A DNA stretch of 64,000 bases from an uncultured Clostridia bacterium. Lineage in GTDB: Bacteria; Bacillota; Clostridia; Oscillospirales; UMGS1783. Shown piece by piece: positions 37,141 through 45,034 of the stretch. The notes beneath the pieces are model-generated. The model was not told where the DNA came from. It saw only the letters and a list, made by a program, of their open reading frames with translations, and did not search any database. The stretch is from positions 9,168 through 73,167 of the forward strand of contig CALKPL010000037.1 in NCBI GenBank assembly GCA_937991645.1, given 5' to 3'. Both the position numbers and the translations under genes were made by a program. Positions within the stretch are counted from its first letter, which is position 1; each line of letters starts with the position of its first letter.

Positions 37141-37707
37141 ATGAAAAAGAAAATACTATGGGCAGTCGTCGTCATGGGCGCGGTTGCGCTTTTTGTGGGC
37201 GCGTTTTTTCTGTATGACTATCTGCGCGATGCGTATGAGCCCGGCGGGCTTGCCGTCCAAACTGAGAGCAGCCAGTCTGCGCCGGCAGAAACTGTCGCGG
37301 CCCCTGATTTTTCCGCGGTGGACAGCGATGGCAATGAAGTCCGCCTTTCCGATTATTTTGGAAAGCCCATCGTGCTGAACTTTTGGGCGAGCTGGTGTCC
37401 GCCCTGTAAAGCGGAGATGCCGCATTTTGAAAATGCCTTTCAAGAAAGGACGGACATACAGTTTTTAATGGTGAACATGACTACGAGCAGCCGTGAATCG
37501 CTCAAAGCGGCGAAAGCGTTTATCGCGGAGGAGGGCTATACGTTTCCGGTTTTGTTCGACACTGAGGGCGCCGCGGCCGCCGCATACGGCGCATCCTCTT
37601 TGCCCATAACTTTTTTTATAGATAAAAACGGAAATCTCGTAACGTATGGCGTCGGCATGCTAAGCGCTGAAATCCTCGAAAAAGGAATGGGAATGATCGC
37701 GGAATGA
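37141..37707 (+). CDS. TlpA/ResA-family membrane-anchored thiol-disulfide oxidoreductase
   Basis: 188 aa. N-terminal TM helix and WASWCPPCKAEMP active site. Confidence 0.85.
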   Translation: MKKKILWAVVVMGAVALFVGAFFLYDYLRDAYEPGGLAVQTESSQSAPAETVAAPDFSAVDSDGNEVRLSDYFGKPIVLNFWASWCPPCKAEMPHFENAFQERTDIQFLMVNMTTSSRESLKAAKAFIAEEGYTFPVLFDTEGAAAAAYGASSLPITFFIDKNGNLVTYGVGMLSAEILEKGMGMIAE

Positions 37708-37720
37708 AGGAAAGGAAACA

Positions 37721-38123
37721 ATGCTGGAAACAGGCATAAAGGCGCCGCGGTTCACTTTGTATGATCAAACCGGCAACCCGGTATTATCGTCCCATTATCT
37801 CGGGCAGAAGTCGTGTTATGCTCTAATCAAAGGACTATACGCCGGTCTGCACCCATTGGGCTGCGCGTTTGACGGACTGTACCGGGAGTTTCAGCATCGG
37901 AGCGCCGCGGTGACCGGCGTAAGCCGCGACAGTTCTGCTTCCCGTCTCCGGTTCGCTGCAAAGCACGGCCCCTGCCATTCGTTTTGCTGTCCCACCCCGC
38001 GCTTGACGCCATGCAAATGTACGGGGTGTGGCAGGAGAAAAGACTGTACTTAAAGTCGGAATGGGCGTCGTACGCGCCACGTTTATCATGGATGAACGCG
38101 AATATATAAAAAATCATGCGTAA
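37721..38123 (+). pseudogene. bcp: Bcp-type peroxiredoxin, multiply frameshifted
   Basis: Bcp-like segments sit in different frames. They read MLETGIKAPRFTLYDQTGNPV, then KDYTPVCT (+1 frame, 37830-37853), then CAFDGLYREFQ..VTGVSRDS..FAAKHG, then LPFVLLSHPALDAMQMYGVWQEKRLY, then KVGMGVVRATFIMDEREYIKNHA* ending at 38123. Confidence 0.7.
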
Positions 38124-38177
38124 AGTCAAGGCCCGATACATTCGCGGCGGAAGTTTGCGCAGCGATAAAACCGTACA

Positions 38178-38214
38178 AAAAAAGGCGGGAGGTCACCCTT
38201 CCGCCTTTTTCCTG
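38178..38214. terminator. bidirectional terminator
   Basis: AAAAAAA-GGCGGGAGG-TCAC-CCTTCCGCC-TTTTTCC. Confidence 0.6.
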
Positions 38215-38229
38215 TCAGTATACCGCCGG

Positions 38230-39279
38230 TCAGATCGTCACGACTACTTTGAATGCCTCGCGGCTGAGCGTTTTGTCAATCGCCTGCTGGAAGTCGTCGA
38301 TCGGCACGGTGTGGCTGTAAAAGTTTTTGGGATCCACCTTTCCCGAAACAATCAGATCGCACAGTTCGTCGTTTACGTCCAAGTCCCCGTCGGGGAAGAA
38401 GTGCTTGTGCAGCACAACATTGTTTTTGAACTGGTGCAGGTCGAGCATATGCTGCTTTGGCCCCACGCTCGCGTACAGAACAACCTTGCCGCCTCTGCGC
38501 ACGAGGTTGGAAGCTTCGATCATAATCTCGTGCCTGCCCACGCCGTCCACCGCTATATCGGGTGTGACGCCGGCCTTGCGCATTTCTTCCGTCACATTCT
38601 GCGTATGGGAGTTGATATACAGATCCACCGCGGTATGCTTTCTGAAATGATCCATGCGTTTCTCATTATGGCCCACAAGGCCGATCCACTCCGCGCCCAG
38701 ATATTTGGCGAACGTGGCGAAACCGAATCCGTTCGGACCGTCTCCGTATAAAAGCACTTTAGAACCCTTTGTAATCCCGACATTGCGCGCGGCGCTCAGG
38801 GTTTCCCGCATAGGTACGATCACGCCGCCGTCCGCAAAGGGAATCGACGCCGGTATTTTCCGTGCGAACCCTTCCAGATCCTTTTCCATATCGCGCACGT
38901 CTATCCCGTCTTCGCGCATGGACATAAGGTCTTTCACCACGCCATACTCGGCGTAATGGCCGGAGTTTATGTAAAATCCGGAGTCTGCGGGGTTTCCGTT
39001 GCCGGTTTTGCCCAGCGGGAATACGATATGTTCGCCCACCGCAAAATTTTTCACCTTCGCGCCGCACTCTACAATTTCACCCACGCCTTCGTGGCCCAGA
39101 ACAAACGGGTATTTAAATACGACGTTCACATGTCTGTCCTGAATCATCTCCATGTCGGAGCAGTTGCAAAAGCCGCAGGCCCGGATCCGGACGAGCGCTT
39201 CATATTCCGTAAGCTGCGGGTCGGGAACGTCGCTCCGGATTTCAAATTAATCGGGTGCAGTTACAACAACAGCTTTCAT
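38230..39279 (-). pseudogene. zinc-type (MDR) alcohol/polyol dehydrogenase with an in-frame TAA at codon 11
   Basis: From ATG 39279 the frame reads MKAVVVTAPD*FEIRSDVPDPQLTEYEALVRIRACGFCNCSDMEMIQD, which continues in frame into ORF 38230..39153 (GHEGVGEIVECG...). The stop lies at 39247-39249. Confidence 0.7.
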
Positions 39280-39306
39280 GGCATTTAATCCTCCGTTTTC
39301 ACCGGC

Positions 39307-39960
39307 TTAATAAGTCCAGTAGTCATAGTTATAATAAAAATCTTCAAACAGATCGCCCGCGGTTCCAATATCCGCAACGAAAATGATCCCGATGACAATG
39401 CTCAGCACAAAGCCGACGATTCCGATCACAAGCCCGGAAACGGCAAGCGCCTTATTGGCAGGGTTCTTCATCGCGACCGCACCGAAGATCACGCCGAGAA
39501 TGCAGCAAAGCGTGCCGACAAAGGCTAGGCAGCAGGAGAAGGCGAACAGCACGCCGACAAGCGAGAGGATCAGAGACGCGATAGCGAATCCTTTTCTGCT
39601 GGTGTCCTGCGCGGGTGACGCGGCATAGGGGGGTACGGGCTGCTGGTTCTGCGACGCGCCCGTGGAATAGGGCGGCACAGGCGTGGAAGCCTGCGGCTTT
39701 CCGGTGTAGTAGGGCGGTACGGGCGGCTGATAAGCCGACGTCTGCGGCTGGCTTTCTTCCACGACCGTATACGCTGCCGCGGCGGCGTTTTCCGCGTCGG
39801 CGGGCTGGCCTTCCACGGCGGGCGGCGTATAGACCGCCGCGGCTTCCGCAGCAGGCTGTTGTGTATCCGCCGTCTGCGCCGCGGCGGATACGGCCGTGCC
39901 GCAGTATTGGCAGAATTTGCTTTCATCCTTAATGGTATTTCCGCAATTTGAACAGATCAT
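39307..39960 (-). CDS. zinc-ribbon / Pro-rich / DUF4190-type membrane protein
   Basis: MICSNCGNTIKDESKFCQYCG, a proline-rich linker, then two TM helices. ATG 39960 follows AAGGGAG. Confidence 0.65.
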   Translation of the reverse strand: MICSNCGNTIKDESKFCQYCGTAVSAAAQTADTQQPAAEAAAVYTPPAVEGQPADAENAAAAAYTVVEESQPQTSAYQPPVPPYYTGKPQASTPVPPYSTGASQNQQPVPPYAASPAQDTSRKGFAIASLILSLVGVLFAFSCCLAFVGTLCCILGVIFGAVAMKNPANKALAVSGLVIGIVGFVLSIVIGIIFVADIGTAGDLFEDFYYNYDYWTY

Positions 39961-40069
39961 GCTGTTCAGCTCCCTTCGCATGCAGATTTTTTACTATTAA
40001 AGTATAATCAAGTATAGCATAGAAAACGCTTTATTTCAATAAGTATTCCGCAAAACAGGCATATAGAAT

Positions 40070-40098
40070 TTGCATTTTCATGAAATTTCATGTATACT
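40070..40098 (+). promoter_or_regulatory. sigma-A promoter of the ComEC-like gene
   Basis: TTGCAT (40070-40075), 17-nt spacer, TATACT (40093-40098). The spacer contains the TTCATGAA palindrome. Confidence 0.5.
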
Positions 40099-40129
40099 GA
40101 GAACAACAGAAGAAAGGGCCGGATAATCC

Positions 40130-41026
40130 ATGAAAAAAACGCAGAAAAAAACACCGTTGTTTGTACAGATCCTCGTCATCGCGGTGATCTTTGCAGTTGG
40201 CTTTGCGCTTTTGGCGCAGTCGCTGAAAAAGGAGAAGAACAGCCTGGGCGTCGTGATTGAGGACAGCACCTATCCTCTGGTTACCATACACTATATCGAT
40301 GTCGGGCAGGGCGACGCAGTTTTTGTGGAACTGCCCAAGCACCGTGCTATGCTCATAGACGCGGGCCCGGCGAACCGGGGCGGGGATGTGGTCGATTATA
40401 TACGCGAGCTCGGCTATACCCAGATCGATTATCTGATCGGCACCCACCCGCACGAAGACCATATCGGCGGTCTGCCCGCGGTGCTGCAAGCGTTTGACGT
40501 GGTGAATTTTTATATGCCGAAAGTCGTTCACACCACAAAAACGTTTGAGAACGTGCTGGACGCGGCGGAGCAAAACGGCCTTAAAATCCAAACGGCAAAG
40601 GCCGGGGTCGTGCTCCTGGAGGAGGAGCTGCTCAAGGCGGAGCTGCTCGCGCCCGTTCGGGATGATTATGAGGACCTCAATAATTGGTCGGCTGTGTGCC
40701 GGCTCACATATGACGAGACGCACTTTCTGTTTATGGGCGATGCGGAAGCGCTGTCCGAGTCGGACATACAGGGCGATGTTTCGGCCGATGTGCTGAAGGT
40801 CGGCCATCATGGGAGCAATACCTCCACTTCGGAGGCGTTCCTGGAGCGTGTGGACCCGACCTATGCGGTCATCAGTGTGGGCGAAGGCAATTCGTATGGG
40901 CATCCGCATGCCGAAACGCTGGAAAAATTGGAGGCGCAGGGCTGTAAGGTCTGCCGAACTGATACGGACGGCACAGTCGTCGTCACGTCGAACGGACAGC
41001 GGTTCATGGTGGAAACGGAGAAGTAG
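40130..41026 (+). CDS. ComEC/Rec2-related MBL-fold hydrolase, membrane-anchored
   Basis: 298 aa: IHYIDVGQGDAVFVELP...LIGTHPHEDHIGGL...KVGHHGSNTS. Confidence 0.8.
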   Translation: MKKTQKKTPLFVQILVIAVIFAVGFALLAQSLKKEKNSLGVVIEDSTYPLVTIHYIDVGQGDAVFVELPKHRAMLIDAGPANRGGDVVDYIRELGYTQIDYLIGTHPHEDHIGGLPAVLQAFDVVNFYMPKVVHTTKTFENVLDAAEQNGLKIQTAKAGVVLLEEELLKAELLAPVRDDYEDLNNWSAVCRLTYDETHFLFMGDAEALSESDIQGDVSADVLKVGHHGSNTSTSEAFLERVDPTYAVISVGEGNSYGHPHAETLEKLEAQGCKVCRTDTDGTVVVTSNGQRFMVETEK

Positions 41027-41027
41027 T

Positions 41028-41228
41028 ATGCAGGTAACGATAGATCGTTTTGAAGAAGGGATCGCCGTTGTGCAGACGCCGGACGGCGGGGTGTACCGGC
41101 TGGACCGCGCCCTCGTCCCTCCGGAGGCGCGCGAGGGCGATGTGCTTGTGATCGGGCTGGATCCGGACGCGACGCAGGCGCGACGCAGGTTTATGGAGCG
41201 GCGGATGAAGGACGTTTGGGCGGACTGA
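41028..41228 (+). CDS. DUF3006 family protein
   Basis: 66 aa: MQVTIDRFEEGIAVVQTPDGGVYRLDRALVPPEAREGDVL. Usual partner of ComEC-like MBL genes. Confidence 0.7.
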   Translation: MQVTIDRFEEGIAVVQTPDGGVYRLDRALVPPEAREGDVLVIGLDPDATQARRRFMERRMKDVWAD

Positions 41229-41351
41229 GCCTTGCGGTCGCGGTTTTACGCCGGCGCGCTGCCGAATAAAATCGGTAAGGTCCTGCAAAAGGCTTGACAG
41301 AATTGTAAATCATGCGTATAATATAATGCGTGCCTTCAATATGGCGCGTTT

Positions 41352-41429
41352 CGGGGTGTAGCTCAGTTTGGTATGAGTGCTTGGTTCGGGACCAAGAGGC
41401 CGTGAGTTCGAGTCTCACCACTCCGACCA
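41352..41429 (+). tRNA. tRNA-Pro (anticodon CGG)
   Basis: The cloverleaf folds by hand. Acceptor CGGGGTG/CACTCCG, D stem GCTC/GAGT, and anticodon stem CTTGG/CCAAG with loop TTCGGGA. T arm GTGAG-TTCGAGT-CTCAC, discriminator A, and an encoded CCA. Confidence 0.9.
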
Positions 41430-41434
41430 CGAAA

Positions 41435-41475
41435 TGCGGTAGTCCATGATACAATGGGCTACCGCACTTTTTTAT
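41435..41475 (+). terminator. rho-independent terminator after tRNA-Pro
   Basis: TGCGGTAG..CCAT / ATGG..CTACCGCA stem followed by CTTTTTTATTT. Confidence 0.7.
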
Positions 41476-41773
41476 TTATCTGCCGAGAAAGTCCTTATAT
41501 CAAGCGATTTTCCGAGTGTGGGGGTGCAAAAGTCCTCAATGCTCGGATTTTTCTATTTTACCGGAAGCGAGCTGCTGATTTTTGCTTTGCACCCCCTTAT
41601 GGGAAAAATCAAAAAGTAGATAGGTTTATCAAAAGGTTGCAGAGAAAAATCAAATTGTTCCTTGACATTTATTTGCTACGCTTTTCCTCTTCCCCAGGGA
41701 GAGTCAATGTTCCTGCTGACTTTGATACAATAGAAAAAGCCTTCTCCGGGGTCAAAACCGCCGAAAAGGCATA

Positions 41774-41820
41774 AAACAAGGGCTTTCGAGGTCAAATACT
41801 GACTTCGAAAGCCCTTGTTT
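41774..41820. terminator. long bidirectional hairpin terminating the defence operon
   Basis: 21-bp stem AAACAAGGGCTTTCGAGGTCA / TGACTTCGAAAGCCCTTGTTT with one G-U pair and loop AATAC. T-rich on both sides. Confidence 0.7.
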
Positions 41821-41950
41821 GCTTTATTCAGTTGTGGATTTCTGCCATTCCAAAGCCTGACGGCACCGTAGGGTGTAAGTCTTGCGGTGTATGGATTTTG
41901 GAATAATTAAAAGGTATGGCATAATTAAAAGGTTTAGCGCCTTTTTTCGT

Positions 41951-42136
41951 TTATTCCTTATTGTCGGTGCCCTCTACATAATCGGCCAGGCAAGCCTCCA
42001 GAAGCATTCTTGTGACGTCTGTGTAAGCAAGGATTTTTCCCTGGGCATACATATCATCGTCTTTTGCGTCCTTCAGCTTCGTCATTTCGGTATCGATTTG
42101 AGCCTTGATAAACTTAATAACATCAATTTTTTCCAT
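41951..42136 (-). CDS. 61-aa acidic hypothetical protein, last gene of the defence operon
   Basis: ATG 42136 lies 5 nt after the stop of the 511-aa gene. The GGAGGA RBS sits inside that gene's last codons. No recognisable motif. Confidence 0.5.
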   Translation of the reverse strand: MEKIDVIKFIKAQIDTEMTKLKDAKDDDMYAQGKILAYTDVTRMLLEACLADYVEGTDNKE

Positions 42137-42141
42137 TGCAA

Positions 42142-43677
42142 TTATTCCTCCGGCGGGTCAAAATCTTCATCCGTGCATTTGCGGATAATATGCTTAGTGC
42201 GGTCAAGCGGCAGAGGCACGTCCTCCTCTGCGAAATACTCCACCTTCACTACCGCTGCTGCGGAGTGGTGGTTATCCTTGCCCACGGGTACAATCACATA
42301 ATCGCCAACGGAAATATCGTCCTCATCGGCAATGTAATAATAACTTTTGTAGCCTTCGTCAAATTCCACGCTACAGTAGATATAATCGGTTCTGCGGCGC
42401 TTGACCTTCTCATAGACCGCAGGATTGAGTATTTCCCCCATTCCGTAGAAACGCATAAACTGCCATACGGATTCAGCAAAATCGCTCCAGAGCTCCGGAA
42501 GAGCCTTCTTGTCATATGTTCCTTGGATGACACGCTGCGGTCCTTTCTTGAAGTCCACTGTGATCGTGTAATCTATGGTTTCAAGCGGATTGTCTACCGC
42601 ATCATCCGGGTTGCCCTCAATCTCGCCAAACAGGTCATCGGCATCAATATCATTGAGCAGGCCTTCAACGCCACCCTGGACATAGTATTTTCTGGACACA
42701 GCACAACCGCTGCCGATGTTCTGAATATGCTCCAAGGTCTCACTTTTACGGTCAAGCACCAATCTCTCGGTGTAGTCCCAAGTCACATATTCAACGGTTT
42801 CGGAGATCGGCTGCTTCGGCTTCATTTTGGTAATGCGGTGATAATCGATGGTGACGCGGTCAACTCTGTCTGGCTTGTTATTGCCGTCAAACACATAAAG
42901 GTCATCCATTTCGACTGCTTCTCGCACCATATCCGACAGGTCAACGCCATCCACTTCAAAATCAGCAATCAACGAGCCACGGTACTTATAAATATCTCCC
43001 TCGGTGTTGGTGATCTCCATCTCCCATTCACCGATATCGGTAGCAAAAACCTCAATGTACTCAGTGCTGAAATATCGTGCTATGCTGTTCAGCACTTTTG
43101 TGGCGCTTTCCTTTTCAATTTTATAAATTTTGCTCCTGGACTTTTCATGTCCATCAAAGCCAGAGCCAAAGTTGTATGCTGAGAACCATATGCGCCCATC
43201 GGCGTTGATGGTGATATGCTGTTCAACCTCGTCATCTGGTTCAGGCGGTGGGCCATAGCAGATATTATTGGAAACGATGCGCACCTTCTGCGGAGTGCCT
43301 TTAAACCGCTTCATGTGACATTCTGCTAATTCGCCCAGGCGGGATAGAGCCATCGTAAACCACGCACGGTTCTTCAGCTCCAAAATTTCCTCACCAGAAT
43401 ATGCCCAATGATTGAAATACCGCCATCGGGAGTAAATAGCCGATCCGAGCAAAGGAATATCAGTTATCTCCCCGATGATGCGTTCCAGTGCCTCAAAATC
43501 GTTTGCAGCTTTGCCGTACTTCTCAGAAAAGGCATGACCGCAGTCCATTACGAACCCAAGTGCCTCACAGTCATCAGCCATATAATGGTCTACCAGTTCA
43601 ATGTAGGTGGTTTTCTTATTTCTGAATTTGTCATACCACTTGACTGCAAATTCGTGGATTTGCTTCATGTCCGCCAC
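42142..43677 (-). CDS. 511-aa hypothetical protein, no recognisable domain
   Basis: Long ORF whose codon usage matches its neighbours. GTG start 7 nt after GGGAGGTG. No Walker, HEXXH or nuclease motifs and no TM helices were seen by eye. Confidence 0.7.
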   Translation of the reverse strand: MADMKQIHEFAVKWYDKFRNKKTTYIELVDHYMADDCEALGFVMDCGHAFSEKYGKAANDFEALERIIGEITDIPLLGSAIYSRWRYFNHWAYSGEEILELKNRAWFTMALSRLGELAECHMKRFKGTPQKVRIVSNNICYGPPPEPDDEVEQHITINADGRIWFSAYNFGSGFDGHEKSRSKIYKIEKESATKVLNSIARYFSTEYIEVFATDIGEWEMEITNTEGDIYKYRGSLIADFEVDGVDLSDMVREAVEMDDLYVFDGNNKPDRVDRVTIDYHRITKMKPKQPISETVEYVTWDYTERLVLDRKSETLEHIQNIGSGCAVSRKYYVQGGVEGLLNDIDADDLFGEIEGNPDDAVDNPLETIDYTITVDFKKGPQRVIQGTYDKKALPELWSDFAESVWQFMRFYGMGEILNPAVYEKVKRRRTDYIYCSVEFDEGYKSYYYIADEDDISVGDYVIVPVGKDNHHSAAAVVKVEYFAEEDVPLPLDRTKHIIRKCTDEDFDPPEE

Positions 43678-43720
43678 TGCAGTACACCTCCCATCATTTT
43701 ATAAAGTTGACCGTTCTTTT

Positions 43721-45034
43721 TTAACAGAATGCGCTCATAAACTCTTGTTCCGAAACTTTCATCATTGAGACAAATCCAGCATAATCAGTAGCGTCCATGG
43801 GTATTTTCAATCCGTGCTTGGTTATGCTGATATCTTCCCGTGGGATAACATTCGCCTCATAGGTAGAGCCGCGATTCATTCGCAATCTCAGACCCTCGGA
43901 GTTTTCTGCTTCGGGATAGAGATAATAACCCGTTTGAGCATCGAAGCGGAACATATAGGCAAGTACCTGCAGATAGTCCCGGTTGCCGATATTATCGATT
44001 GGTTTATATTTTGCATCAGCAATCACTCGCTTTTCGCTGTTACGGCTGATGAAATCAGGGTAAATAAGACCCACATTTCCTTCGAAGAGTCTCTGTGCGC
44101 CTTTTCCGCCTTTATTCATTGGGTGGTAGAACACGTCATCAATGAGAGAATTGATGTACTCCTCCCAAAGCCATGCACCGTCAAACAGGATGCCGTATAT
44201 TTGTCTTGTTCCTGTACCGATTTGGTGCTTTTGGTGCCGCAGAATAAGCAGGCACAGTCTCTGCAATGCATGGTACTCTCGGTAATACGCATGGCGGACG
44301 GTATTCTTTTTGTTCTGTTCAATGATTTTCTGCCTGTTATACGGCTCATATCCCGGAGTCGCATCTATAACGAGTTTTACCTCGTCTTTCACTTTGGTAA
44401 GAAGTTTATTTCCGTAAGGCTTTCTTTTGATAAACTCTATGGTATGCCGCACCAGCTCCATCAGACTATTATCGTAGGAAAACTCTCTCTGGCTGTATGC
44501 AACATTTCCTACAAATGGGGTATTCTCCTCGATATGTCTTGCGACATCAATCGTGCCTTTTACATTTCCATCATTGTACCTACGGCGGATATATTTTTTG
44601 AACAACCCCTTCCGCATAGCTGCCTTGAGGTAATACGGAAACAGAAACAGCAGAAAATTGAACAGCCGATTGTCTTGATTGGCATCGGAGTTCAAATCTA
44701 CGATGTTTGGAAAGTCCAGGACTTTATCTAAAAGATACTGGAAAAAGTAATCCTCACCCTCTCCGCAAAAACGGGACGCGATCACAAGCCGCTCATCACC
44801 ATAGCCGAGAAAACCCATCACATTGCCAGAACGAAAGGTGTCATTGATGCTTTGGAGGATCATCTGATCTTGGGTAATATCCTCTGCATCTTTTACGGTT
44901 TCTGGAAATACGAATACACCTTCACGCTCAAGCTGTTCCAACGTTTTATCTGCAATTTTACCTGCCAGCTTCGCTACTTGAGAAAAGGCATCTTTTTTCT
45001 GTTGGGAGTTATCCTTGATCCTGAGTAGCTTCAT
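43721..45034 (-). CDS. mcrC: McrC-like type IV restriction endonuclease subunit
   Basis: PD-(D/E)xK signature LIYPDFISRNSEKRVIADAKYK. Immediately downstream of mcrB and overlapping it. Start is ambiguous (45034, 45040 or 45079). Confidence 0.85.
   Translation of the reverse strand: MKLLRIKDNSQQKKDAFSQVAKLAGKIADKTLEQLEREGVFVFPETVKDAEDITQDQMILQSINDTFRSGNVMGFLGYGDERLVIASRFCGEGEDYFFQYLLDKVLDFPNIVDLNSDANQDNRLFNFLLFLFPYYLKAAMRKGLFKKYIRRRYNDGNVKGTIDVARHIEENTPFVGNVAYSQREFSYDNSLMELVRHTIEFIKRKPYGNKLLTKVKDEVKLVIDATPGYEPYNRQKIIEQNKKNTVRHAYYREYHALQRLCLLILRHQKHQIGTGTRQIYGILFDGAWLWEEYINSLIDDVFYHPMNKGGKGAQRLFEGNVGLIYPDFISRNSEKRVIADAKYKPIDNIGNRDYLQVLAYMFRFDAQTGYYLYPEAENSEGLRLRMNRGSTYEANVIPREDISITKHGLKIPMDATDYAGFVSMMKVSEQEFMSAFC

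Noticed and set aside
41903-41933. Direct repeat ATAATTAAAAGGT x2 downstream of the 61-aa gene as a possible att or iteron site
   Set aside because: There are only two short AT-rich copies in an AT-rich spacer and no matching copy elsewhere in the window. The evidence is insufficient to call a feature.
41454-42301. 106-aa (41454..41774) and 139-aa (41882..42301) plus-strand ORFs next to the tRNA
   Set aside because: The first spans the tRNA terminator and inverted repeats and has no RBS. The second is antisense to the 61-aa and 511-aa genes. Neither translation is recognisable.
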